Below the pieces are notes generated by a model. The model saw only the letters and a list, made by a program, of their open reading frames with translations. It was not told the DNA's origin and made no database searches. A program made the position numbers and the translations under genes. A stretch of DNA of 59,787 bases, counting the filler. It is 5 parts of 5 records of this genome, joined end to end, with 100 filler letters (N's around TTAATTAATTAA, not from the genome) between each part and the next. Parts side by side here need not be neighbours in the genome. Positions count along the whole stretch, not along the records: positions 34,827 to 59,787 come from DRR723986_27215; 4 more parts are not named here. One strand, 5' to 3'. Below, in pieces: positions 48,514 to 56,967 of the stretch; the first letter of the stretch is position 1, and the number at the start of each line of letters is the position of its first letter.

Positions 48514-49992
48514 ATGGCATATAGATTTTTAAAACATACATTTCTTATTGCTTCACTAGGATTAATTATTATTCCGAGTTTTGCACAAGTAAATAGACCA
48601 AATGTACTTTTCATCGCTGTAGACGATCTTCGATCAGAATTAGGGCATTTTGAAAATAGCAGCATCATCACTCCCAACCTTGACAAGCTAGCTGCTGAAG
48701 GTGTAAGTTTTACCAAGCATTTTGTCCAAGTCCCAACTTGTGGAGCTTCCCGTGCTGCTTTTCTGACAGGAAAAAGACCAAGCCGAACCGCAGAACTAGG
48801 TAACAACATCATGCAGGATGAATTTTCCAAAAAACCAGAAGGAGAAATACCTGAAACTTTTGTTCATCACTTGAGAAGAAATGGATATTACACCATAGGA
48901 TTGGGCAAAATTTCCCACTCTGCTGATGGCTTTGTTTATGGGTACGAAGAGGAAGTTTCTGATAAAAAAGAACTGCCTTATAGTTGGGATGAATTCCTTT
49001 TTGACGCAGGGAAATGGGGAACTGGTTGGAATGCATTCTTTGGATATGCAGATGGAGAAAATCGCCAAAGCATGAAAAAACAAGTCAAACCATATGAAGC
49101 TGGGGATGTGGATGACTTGGGTTATCCAGATGGACTGACAGCTCAATTAGCGATCAAAAAACTAAGAGAACTAAAAGACAGCTCCCAACCTTTTTTCTTG
49201 GGAGTGGGTTTCTTCAAACCACATTTGCCTTTTACCGCTCCAAAAAAATATTGGGACCTATACGATGAGGAAAAGATACCATTGGCCAAGAACCCAACAA
49301 TCCCTAAAAATGTAGCTCGTCAAAGCTTACTCGAAAGTGGTGAATTCAATGGCTATCAACTGGGAGAAGAAAAAGCCGGGCTTGACAGAAAACTCTCTGA
49401 TGAATATGCACGCAAAATCAAGCATGCCTATTACGCTGCCGCCAGCTATTCTGACGCCCAAATCGGCTTGATCCTAAACGAGCTAAAAGCGCTGGAACTG
49501 GATCAAAACACAATTGTAATAATCTGGGGAGATCATGGCTGGCACCTTGGCGAGCAGCAAATCTGGGGCAAGCATACACTTTTCGAAAATGCCCTTAACA
49601 GTGCGCTGATCTTTAAAATCCCGGGCTCTAGGGTTAGTAAAATTGATAATTCTATAGTCGAGTCTGTTGATATTTACCCAACTTTGATGGAATTAGTAGG
49701 CGTGGAAAAGCCGAAAAATCTGGATGGAGAAAGTTTTGCCTCTCTATTAAATTCAAAAGATTCTCAAGAAGGAAATGTAGCTTATTCTTATTACCATAAT
49801 GGAATATCGATGCGGGCAGACCGCTATAGACTGACTAAATATTTTAGAGAAGCTGAGCCGACAATTGAGCTTTATGATCATCAAACAGACCCATTAGAAT
49901 CTATCAATATAGCAGCGGAAAACCCCGAACTCGTGGCGAATTTGATGCCTTTATTGGAAGAAGGAAATACTGGACTTTACGATAAAAAGTAA
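48514..49992 (+). CDS. Formylglycine-dependent sulfatase (iduronate-2-sulfatase-like)
   Basis: PNVLFIAVDDLR, TPNLDKLA, CGASR, GKISH, KPHLPF and GDHGWHLGE; signal peptide. Confidence 0.9.
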   Translation: MAYRFLKHTFLIASLGLIIIPSFAQVNRPNVLFIAVDDLRSELGHFENSSIITPNLDKLAAEGVSFTKHFVQVPTCGASRAAFLTGKRPSRTAELGNNIMQDEFSKKPEGEIPETFVHHLRRNGYYTIGLGKISHSADGFVYGYEEEVSDKKELPYSWDEFLFDAGKWGTGWNAFFGYADGENRQSMKKQVKPYEAGDVDDLGYPDGLTAQLAIKKLRELKDSSQPFFLGVGFFKPHLPFTAPKKYWDLYDEEKIPLAKNPTIPKNVARQSLLESGEFNGYQLGEEKAGLDRKLSDEYARKIKHAYYAAASYSDAQIGLILNELKALELDQNTIVIIWGDHGWHLGEQQIWGKHTLFENALNSALIFKIPGSRVSKIDNSIVESVDIYPTLMELVGVEKPKNLDGESFASLLNSKDSQEGNVAYSYYHNGISMRADRYRLTKYFREAEPTIELYDHQTDPLESINIAAENPELVANLMPLLEEGNTGLYDKK

Positions 49993-49999
49993 GGTTTCC

Positions 50000-50338
50000 T
50001 TACTTCAACTTCTCGTTATTCTTATGTCGACCGATATCACGAATATTCTTCTTTTCGAAGTTCTTCTTCATTGCCTCAGTAAGGTCCACCCCCGTTTGAT
50101 TGGCGAGACAGATCAACACCCAAAGCACATCTGCCATTTCATCGCCTAGATCTTTTCCTTTGTCAGATTCCTTGAAAGATTGCTCACCGTAAGTCCTTGA
50201 CATGATTCTAGCCAACTCCCCCACTTCTTCCATTAAAATAGTCATGTTAGTAAGCTCATTGAAATAGCGAACGCCAACTGTCTTGATCCATTGATCCACT
50301 TGCTCTTGCGCCTCTTTTATAGTGATTTCCTCTTTCAT
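50000..50338 (-). CDS. MazG-like nucleotide pyrophosphohydrolase (YpjD-like)
   Basis: LMEEVGELAR and DEMADVLWVLICLANQTG; start ATG 50338. Confidence 0.9.
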   Translation of the reverse strand: MKEEITIKEAQEQVDQWIKTVGVRYFNELTNMTILMEEVGELARIMSRTYGEQSFKESDKGKDLGDEMADVLWVLICLANQTGVDLTEAMKKNFEKKNIRDIGRHKNNEKLK

Positions 50339-50487
50339 AAATGATTTATGTTTAGCCAAAATTAACAATCTATTGATGCACTGGCAGGTCATTTTTCAGA
50401 GAAAAGGATCAGTTATTGATAATTGATATATTTTTCAGAATAGTACTGAAAAGCTATAATACCTCCAGTGAAGCTAAAACCGATTGC

Positions 50488-51570
50488 ATGAATCAATATT
50501 TTGAGGCTATTCGAACATCTATCCTCTATTTCCCACTAGCAGCAGTTTTGAGTTTTGTGCCATATGCTTATTTTCAATACAAGAAAATAGGCTATGTCCA
50601 ATTCAACAGAAGCTTAGTGTTTTATGTTTTTGGATTTTACTCCATGACAGCGTTCTTTTTGACATTGCTTCCCTTACCGGAAATAACTCCTGATTTCTGC
50701 GAAGTAAGATCAGGGAGATTTATCCCCAGCTATTTCCCATTCAGATTTGTAAAAGATACATTCAGAGAGGTTCAGGGAAACATTTCCCTTTTCAGTATAG
50801 TGAAAAGTACCACCTTTAAGGTAACCGCCTTCAATGTATTACTGCTGATGCCGCTTGGGTTCTTTCTCAGGTATTTGTTCCAACTTAAGAATGCATGGCT
50901 AGTTACCTTGATAGGATTTCTGACTTCACTATTCTACGAAGTCACCCAGCTCACTGCCATTTACGGATTGTATCCGTGCAGATTCCGCCATTTTGAGGTG
51001 GATGATCTGATCACCAATACATTTGGGTGTTTTATAGGTTTTGTAATTGCCCGATACTCAGATGTTCTTCCTAATATCTCCAGTATACCACTTGTGAATC
51101 GCAGCAATGTCACCTTGACACAGCGTTTTTTGGCAATCTTTCTGGACTCTCTACTGGTAATTTTAATTACTGCATACCTAATTGAAGGGCTTACTAATAA
51201 TGTTTGGCTACTATCCATCTTAAAAGTTGGATTGATTTTTAGCTACTTTATTTTCTTCAGTAAAATCACAAAAGGGCAAACATTAGGAAAAAGACTACTG
51301 GGAATTCGAATCGTCAGAATGGACGGTCTTCCGTTGACTTACAAGGACCTGATAGCTCGCTATGGAATCTTTTTGATACTTCCATTTCTAGTCGGGGAAG
51401 TATCCAAATTCCTTATCGACACCCGATTTGATGATAGGCTATATCTTTTCCTTTACCTTCTTTTCTTAGCAATCTGGTTTTTCGGTACGGTCATGGTCAC
51501 ATTTATTAGAAAAGATCATCGTGGTTGGCTAGATAGATTTGCACACACTACACAAGTGCTTGATAAATAG
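50488..51570 (+). CDS. VanZ-RDD fusion membrane protein
   Basis: VanZ-like FNVLLLMPLGFFL...EVTQL...DDLITNTFG, then RDD-like RFLAIFLD...GQTLGKRLLGIRIV...RGWLD; start ATG 50488. Confidence 0.85.
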   Translation: MNQYFEAIRTSILYFPLAAVLSFVPYAYFQYKKIGYVQFNRSLVFYVFGFYSMTAFFLTLLPLPEITPDFCEVRSGRFIPSYFPFRFVKDTFREVQGNISLFSIVKSTTFKVTAFNVLLLMPLGFFLRYLFQLKNAWLVTLIGFLTSLFYEVTQLTAIYGLYPCRFRHFEVDDLITNTFGCFIGFVIARYSDVLPNISSIPLVNRSNVTLTQRFLAIFLDSLLVILITAYLIEGLTNNVWLLSILKVGLIFSYFIFFSKITKGQTLGKRLLGIRIVRMDGLPLTYKDLIARYGIFLILPFLVGEVSKFLIDTRFDDRLYLFLYLLFLAIWFFGTVMVTFIRKDHRGWLDRFAHTTQVLDK

Positions 51571-51723
51571 TGTAAGAATAAAAAGCTCTCCTTTTTGAAT
51601 TTTTTAGAGTTAAGAAAATACCATTCCTTAAAATTTTTATGGAATGTTTCGCGATGTTAGTTTAAATTGAAAGCTGATATGGGCATTAGTCTATTCACTT
51701 GAAACAATAATTAGCCATCAGCT

Positions 51724-53286
51724 ATGAAAAATTATATCGCAGTAGTTTTCACTATTTTAGTTTGTATTTCTTGCTCTACAAAAGAGGAATCAAAACCACT
51801 TCCTCGAATTGCCATTGCTGGTTTGGCGATAGAATCCAGTACTTTTTCTCCAGCAACTAGTGATGTGGCAGCATTCCGAACTAGAGAAGGAAACGATATT
51901 TTCAACTATTATCCTTTCTTGGATTCAGCTTCAGCAGATCGAGGAAGAGCTGAGTGGTTCCCAACTCTACGTGGACATGCCATTCCCGGCGGTATTGTTA
52001 CTAGAGAAGCTTATGAGGAGTTGGTAGGCAAAACACTAGATATGCTGAAAGAAAATCTTCCCTATGATGGACTTTTCTTCGATATCCATGGAGCGATGAG
52101 TGTGGTAGGATTAGATGATCCGGAAGGGGATTTTATTGTCCGAGTTCGTGAGGTAGTAGGCCCCGAAACCTTAATTTCCACTTCCATGGATTTACACGGG
52201 AATGTATCTTGGAGATTGGCGGAAAACACAGATTTGATTACTTGCTACAGAATGGCTCCGCATGAGGATGCTTTAGAATCAAAGCAAAGAGCAGTTGAGA
52301 ACATGCTTGATCGCTTGGAAAGTGGCAAAGGAAAGCCAGGCTTCAAAGCTTGGATTCCTGTTCCAATTTTGCTTCCTGGGGAAAAAACAAGTACCAGAAT
52401 TGATCCGGGGAAAAGCCTTTATGCAAAAGTAGATCCTATGACTAAAAAAGAAGGCGTGATCGATGCGGCTATTTGGATAGGTTATGCTTGGGCAGATGAG
52501 CCTAGAAATCATGCGGTGGTAATGGTGACAGGTGATGATGAAAATGCAGTGACAGAGTCAGCAGAAGAATTGGCACAAAGCTTTTGGGATGTACGAAATG
52601 AATTTGAATTTGTAGCACCTGTTGCACCATTGAAGGAAAGCTTGGATATGGCGATCGCCTCTGACAAAAAGCCTTTCATGATTTCTGACATGGGCGACAA
52701 CCCAACTGCAGGTGGAGCGGGGGATGTAACTTGGACATTAACAGAAATCCTAAAGCGCCCAGAGTTCAAATCTGAAAATGGCCCTACATTGATTTATGCT
52801 TCTATCCCAGGCCCTGAGTTGGTGGAGAAAGCCATCGCTGCAGGCGTGGGAGGAAAAGTAGAAGGGACAGCTGGTGCCGCAATCGATGATCGATTTGCAC
52901 CACCAGTTATGCTCAAAGGTACTGTGGAAGCAATCAAAGAAGGAGACGGAGCTGCAAAAGTAGAAGTAGTGGTGAAAGTTGGTTCCGTTCATGTGATCGT
53001 CACTAAAAAGCGCAAGCCCTATCATAATGAAAGGGATTTCACAGATCTTGGTTTAAAGCCAAGGGAAGCAGATATAGTAGTAGTAAAGATCGGATATCTG
53101 GTACCTGAGCTCTACGATATGAGAGCAGACTGGATTATGGCCTTGACACCGGGCGGAGTTGATCAGGATTTGGAGCGACTTGGCTATAAGCGAATCAATC
53201 GTCCGATGTTCCCTCTTGATAAGGATATGGCAGACCCGGATTTGAAAGCTAAATTAGTACCTGCAGCGGATGAGCTAAAAAAATAA
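51724..53286 (+). CDS. M81-family metallopeptidase (MlrC-like), lipoprotein
   Basis: Lipobox CIS-C; IESSTFSP, DIHGAM, DPEGD, MDLHGN, YRMAPHED and DMGDNPTAGG motifs. Confidence 0.9.
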   Translation: MKNYIAVVFTILVCISCSTKEESKPLPRIAIAGLAIESSTFSPATSDVAAFRTREGNDIFNYYPFLDSASADRGRAEWFPTLRGHAIPGGIVTREAYEELVGKTLDMLKENLPYDGLFFDIHGAMSVVGLDDPEGDFIVRVREVVGPETLISTSMDLHGNVSWRLAENTDLITCYRMAPHEDALESKQRAVENMLDRLESGKGKPGFKAWIPVPILLPGEKTSTRIDPGKSLYAKVDPMTKKEGVIDAAIWIGYAWADEPRNHAVVMVTGDDENAVTESAEELAQSFWDVRNEFEFVAPVAPLKESLDMAIASDKKPFMISDMGDNPTAGGAGDVTWTLTEILKRPEFKSENGPTLIYASIPGPELVEKAIAAGVGGKVEGTAGAAIDDRFAPPVMLKGTVEAIKEGDGAAKVEVVVKVGSVHVIVTKKRKPYHNERDFTDLGLKPREADIVVVKIGYLVPELYDMRADWIMALTPGGVDQDLERLGYKRINRPMFPLDKDMADPDLKAKLVPAADELKK

Positions 53287-53287
53287 A

Positions 53288-53327
53288 TTCCCATATTGGG
53301 AACTCTTCCTTTATTTCTTTACTTTTG
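53288..53327 (+). promoter_or_regulatory. higBA promoter/operator
   Basis: Inverted repeat TTCCCA-TAT-TGGGAA (53288-53302) plus a TACTTTTG -7 box (53320-53327). Confidence 0.6.
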
Positions 53328-53341
53328 CAAGAGGACTGATA

Positions 53342-53635
53342 ATGAGAATAATCGCCAGAAAAACGCTTAGAGAATACTGGGAAATTCACAATGATTGTGA
53401 ACAGCAACTAAATGCTTGGTATCATGAAATTGCTAAATCTTCTTATTCCTCTATTAATGATTTAAAGGTAGATTATCCTAGTGCTAGCATTTTAAAAGAA
53501 GGTAGAATTGTTTTTAATATCAAAGGAAACAAATACCGTTTAATTGTGAAATTCAGTTTTGAACATCAACGTTGCTGGATTCGATTTATAGGGACTCATG
53601 CAGAATACGATAAAATAAACGCAAACGAAATTTAA
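53342..53635 (+). CDS. higB: Type II toxin HigB (RelE-like mRNA interferase)
   Basis: MRIIARKTLREYW, VFNIKGNKYRLIV and FIGTHAEYDKI. Confidence 0.93.
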   Translation: MRIIARKTLREYWEIHNDCEQQLNAWYHEIAKSSYSSINDLKVDYPSASILKEGRIVFNIKGNKYRLIVKFSFEHQRCWIRFIGTHAEYDKINANEI

Positions 53636-53636
53636 A

Positions 53637-53993
53637 ATGGATATCTCACCTATCAGAAATGAAGAAGATTATCAAAATGCTTTGGATAGACTTGAGCTAA
53701 TTTTTGATTCTAAAAAAGGAACTCCTGAAGGGGATGAATCAGAAATTCTGACTATTCTAATAGAAAATTATGAAGAAACTCATTACCCCATAGATTTACC
53801 AGACCCCATTGAAGCAATCAAATTCAGAATGGAGCAAATGGGTTTGAAACAAAAAGATTTAGCGGAGGTAGTTGGACTCAAAAGCCGCGTAAGTGAAATT
53901 CTTAATAAGAAAAGAAAATTGACTTTAGAAATGATTAGAAATTTAAGTTCTAAACTAAATATCCCTACTGAAATTCTAGTTAAAGAATACTGA
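53637..53993 (+). CDS. higA: Type II antitoxin HigA (XRE HTH)
   Basis: PIRNEEDY and PDPIEAIKFRMEQMGLKQKDL...SRVSEILNKKRKLT; immediately downstream of higB. Confidence 0.93.
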   Translation: MDISPIRNEEDYQNALDRLELIFDSKKGTPEGDESEILTILIENYEETHYPIDLPDPIEAIKFRMEQMGLKQKDLAEVVGLKSRVSEILNKKRKLTLEMIRNLSSKLNIPTEILVKEY

Positions 53994-54004
53994 TTTGAAT
54001 TCTC

Positions 54005-54391
54005 ATGATGAACGCAAAGCCATCCTCCGTAGAAGAATATCTTAGCTGGTGCTCTCCTGAAGTGAGAGAAAAGTTGGAGCAAATGCGCACGACAATTCTG
54101 AAGGCTCTGCCAAAAGCTAAAGAAGTGATCAGTTACAATATGCCAGCCTTCAAAACCACAGAAGTGCTGGTGTATTTCGCAGCAGCGAAAAAACACATTG
54201 GGTTTTACCCTACAAATAGCGGTGTGGCTGAATTCAAAAAAGAACTTAAAAATTACGTGACGTCCAAGGGAGCTATCCAATTCCCTCTAGACAAACCTTT
54301 GCCTCTAAAGTTGATTGCTGACATCTCACAATTCCGAGCAGCCGAAGCTGAAAAGAGAGCTGAATTGAAGAAGAAAAAATCTTTGATTTAG
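54005..54391 (+). CDS. DUF1801 (YdhG-like) domain protein
   Basis: SVEEYL, EVISYNMPAF, HIGFYP and KGAIQFP motifs. Confidence 0.88.
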   Translation: MMNAKPSSVEEYLSWCSPEVREKLEQMRTTILKALPKAKEVISYNMPAFKTTEVLVYFAAAKKHIGFYPTNSGVAEFKKELKNYVTSKGAIQFPLDKPLPLKLIADISQFRAAEAEKRAELKKKKSLI

Positions 54392-54418
54392 AATCAGGAA
54401 ACGTAGGTAAAATGTATT

Positions 54419-54502
54419 TCGGTCTTTCAGACCTTACATATTTAGATGAACATCTTTTACCCAGCCCTATAGATCTGGGCTATGGTATTTAGGCTTTTAG
54501 CT
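54419..54502 (-). repeat. Degenerate REP-like composite palindromic element
   Basis: GGTC-TTTCA-GACC hairpin, CCCAG...CTGGG hairpin, and a tail GCTATGGTATTTAGGCTTTTAGCT resembling the reverse complement of 59759-59785. Confidence 0.5.
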
Positions 54503-54565
54503 CTATTATCTCAGGAGATGCTCTTTGTGAAACCTTTGCGGACTTTGTGGTTAATACCTGAATAC

Positions 54566-55834
54566 TTAACTCAATACTTTCTTAGTAGCTTCAAGAAAAC
54601 TGTCAATTGCAGCCTTACTATTATAAATATGAGTTGAAATCCGGATTGAATCCAACTTACTTTCAGGAACTTGACGAATTCTAAAACCTTCCTTACTTAT
54701 TAAACCAGCGGCCTCTTGGTAGTTCATTTTCTTAGGTTTGAAAGTAACCATACTGATTCGGGATTCGGGTTCCGCAGGACTTAATATATCTAGCATAGAT
54801 CCCATCTCTGATAGCCCATCAAACAAGAATTGATTTAGCTCCTTAATTCTTGCTTCTACTTTCTCTTTCCCTATTTCCTCGTGAAATTCAGCAGCTGCCA
54901 CAGCTCCTCGCATCATCGGCAAACTCTGACTTCCATAGTCAAAACGATGGGCTGTTGGCACATACCCCTTGAACTCCGGTGGATTCTGGTACAGATCCCA
55001 ACCTAAATCAGAATATGCACCTACTTGATAGGCCTGCACTTGGTCCAAAACACCTTCTCTAACATATAGAAATCCAGTTCCATTTGGACCCAAAACCCAC
55101 TTATGGTAACTGCTTGCATACATATCACAGCCCAAATCATGAAGATCAAGATCGAAAGTACCTGCTCCATGTGCACCATCAATAGCTGTAAATATTCCTT
55201 TGCTTCTAGCAAAAGCTGAAATTTCTTTGATGGGAAAAACTAATCCAGTTGTGCAGGTGATGTGAGGAATTGCAATCACTTTGGTTTTAGAAGTCACCAA
55301 GCTTTTAATCAATTCCAAATTCTCAGCTTGAGTAGCTTTGGGTTCAAAAGGTTTTAACACTATCCCATGCAATTTTGCCCGGTTCAACCATGGCAACGCA
55401 TTTCCCACATGCTCATGCAACGTGATGATCACTTCATCTCCAGCCTTCAGCGGCAAACCCCAACACATAATATTAATGCCCTCAGTTGTATTATGAGTAA
55501 GAGAAATCTCAGAGGTTTTGACTCCCACAAAAGCTGCCAATTTCTCACGTTCTGGCTCTATATGACCATATTCACCAGATGTATTAGTATCAACAAAGGA
55601 ATTTTGCAAAGCATCCAAAACCACTTGGGGTGAAGGCCCAAAAGTTCCATTGTTCATGTAAACTCTACTGTCCTTCAGAGGAAATTTCTTTCTGAGCTCA
55701 GCCCAGAATTCTTCTCCCACCAGAGAAGGGTTAATAGATTTCGGAGAGGTTTCCTCTGGAGATTTGAATGAAACCAAGCTTGGAATCGCTATTCCTGCAC
55801 TGAGTTTCTGGATAAATGATCTTCTACTGTTCAT
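54566..55834 (-). CDS. Class V PLP-dependent enzyme with Tat signal (isopenicillin N epimerase/C-S lyase-like)
   Basis: SRRSFI twin-arginine motif; YMNNGTFG, NTTEGIN, DGAH and SYHKW (PLP Lys). Confidence 0.88.
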   Translation of the reverse strand: MNSRRSFIQKLSAGIAIPSLVSFKSPEETSPKSINPSLVGEEFWAELRKKFPLKDSRVYMNNGTFGPSPQVVLDALQNSFVDTNTSGEYGHIEPEREKLAAFVGVKTSEISLTHNTTEGINIMCWGLPLKAGDEVIITLHEHVGNALPWLNRAKLHGIVLKPFEPKATQAENLELIKSLVTSKTKVIAIPHITCTTGLVFPIKEISAFARSKGIFTAIDGAHGAGTFDLDLHDLGCDMYASSYHKWVLGPNGTGFLYVREGVLDQVQAYQVGAYSDLGWDLYQNPPEFKGYVPTAHRFDYGSQSLPMMRGAVAAAEFHEEIGKEKVEARIKELNQFLFDGLSEMGSMLDILSPAEPESRISMVTFKPKKMNYQEAAGLISKEGFRIRQVPESKLDSIRISTHIYNSKAAIDSFLEATKKVLS

Positions 55835-55930
55835 AAGGTTGATGGCTATCTTTATGAGTTAGGAAATGATCTCCAATAATTCAAAGAAAATGGTATTAGG
55901 GAGTAATAAATCGGGTTGGTCGGAAAATGA

Positions 55931-56314
55931 CTAAGGTTGATAAAGCTTTCTTTCGCCTAAAAAACTAATGATTTTCTTATCCAAAGTCCATATTTGCAAA
56001 TCAAACTTTTCGGCGGCATGAATCATAACAGCATCTACTAGGCCTATTCCACGATTGATCAAACCTGCTTTTCTGGAAAAAACACCTGACTCGAAAATCA
56101 AACCCGGCTGATCCAAAAGCTTCAGTTGGCGATAAAAATCTGTTATCAAATTCAGTTCTCTAGTTGTCTTCACTCCCTGAAGCAGTTCTGCAAAAATTAA
56201 CTCTAAAGAATAAATTTCGCCATCTTCCATCAAAGCAATCATAGGGAGGAAATAATCTCGATTTCCTTTCAAAAATTCTATCCAAACAGAAGTATCAATT
56301 AAGACTGACTTCAT
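55931..56314 (-). CDS. vapC: PIN-domain toxin (VapC-like)
   Basis: LIDTSVWIE, ELLQG, GLVDA and WTLDK PIN acidic residues; ATGA overlap with the upstream antitoxin. Confidence 0.9.
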   Translation of the reverse strand: MKSVLIDTSVWIEFLKGNRDYFLPMIALMEDGEIYSLELIFAELLQGVKTTRELNLITDFYRQLKLLDQPGLIFESGVFSRKAGLINRGIGLVDAVMIHAAEKFDLQIWTLDKKIISFLGERKLYQP

Positions 56315-56517
56315 TGTCGATTGATATCTCTCAATTGATCTGCTCCGTATGTGAATTCTAAAGGCTCAGCGACAATTTGGTCAGACAGTTCACGTAACTT
56401 TTTGCGAGACAAGTAATCGCGAAGCGCTATCCTCAAGGCTTCAGTGACGTTCTTTGCTCCGGAGATTTCGATCACATCTATGATCAATTCATCTTCAATT
56501 AATGCAGTGACTTTCAT
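56311..56517 (-). CDS. vapB: VapB-like antitoxin (ribbon-helix-helix type)
   Basis: 68 aa, MKVTALIEDELI...NVTEALRIAL; directly upstream of the PIN gene. Confidence 0.82.
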   Translation of the reverse strand: MKVTALIEDELIIDVIEISGAKNVTEALRIALRDYLSRKKLRELSDQIVAEPLEFTYGADQLRDINRQ

Positions 56518-56537
56518 GAGTTTATAATTTATTTAAA

Positions 56538-56558
56538 AATACGAAGGCTTATCGTATT
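56538..56558. promoter_or_regulatory. Candidate vapBC operator
   Basis: AATACGA-N7-TCGTATT inverted repeat 20 nt upstream of the vapB start. Confidence 0.55.
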
Positions 56559-56638
56559 ATGTTAATTTCACTAGAAAAAACCAGTTTACTATTGAGAAAA
56601 AATAAAGAAGGGTATTACTTGTAAAAAAACAGTACGAT

Positions 56639-56923
56639 ATGCCACTTAAAACTTGTGACAAAGGTCATCAATTCTATAAAACCAGCGATTGCCCCACATG
56701 CCCGATCTGTGAAAAGGATAGAAAACCCACAGAAGGCTTTTTATCCAAACTGCCAGCTCCAGCTCGAAGGGCACTTGAGTCAATACAAATTGACACCCTA
56801 GAAAAGCTAGCCACATTTACAGAAAAAGAAATTCTCTCTCTTCATGGTATGGGAAAAAGCTCTATTCCAAAACTAAAAGACGCTATGGAGAAAAAGGGGT
56901 TGACTTTCAAAACCCCGGATTAA
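56639..56923 (+). CDS. Small protein: Cys/His metal-binding motif + RNA polymerase alpha-CTD-like domain
   Basis: CDKGH...CPTCPIC, then LPAPARRAL...EILSLHGMGKSS (helix-hairpin-helix as in alpha-CTD). Confidence 0.82.
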   Translation: MPLKTCDKGHQFYKTSDCPTCPICEKDRKPTEGFLSKLPAPARRALESIQIDTLEKLATFTEKEILSLHGMGKSSIPKLKDAMEKKGLTFKTPD

Positions 56924-56967
56924 ATTGCATTTTAAAGTTCTCGTTACAATTATCCCTAAAACCCGAA

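Noticed and set aside
48739..48753. Sulfatase motif CGASR instead of CxPxR
   Set aside because: CxAxR is a known variant and all other motifs are intact; not evidence of inactivation or novelty.
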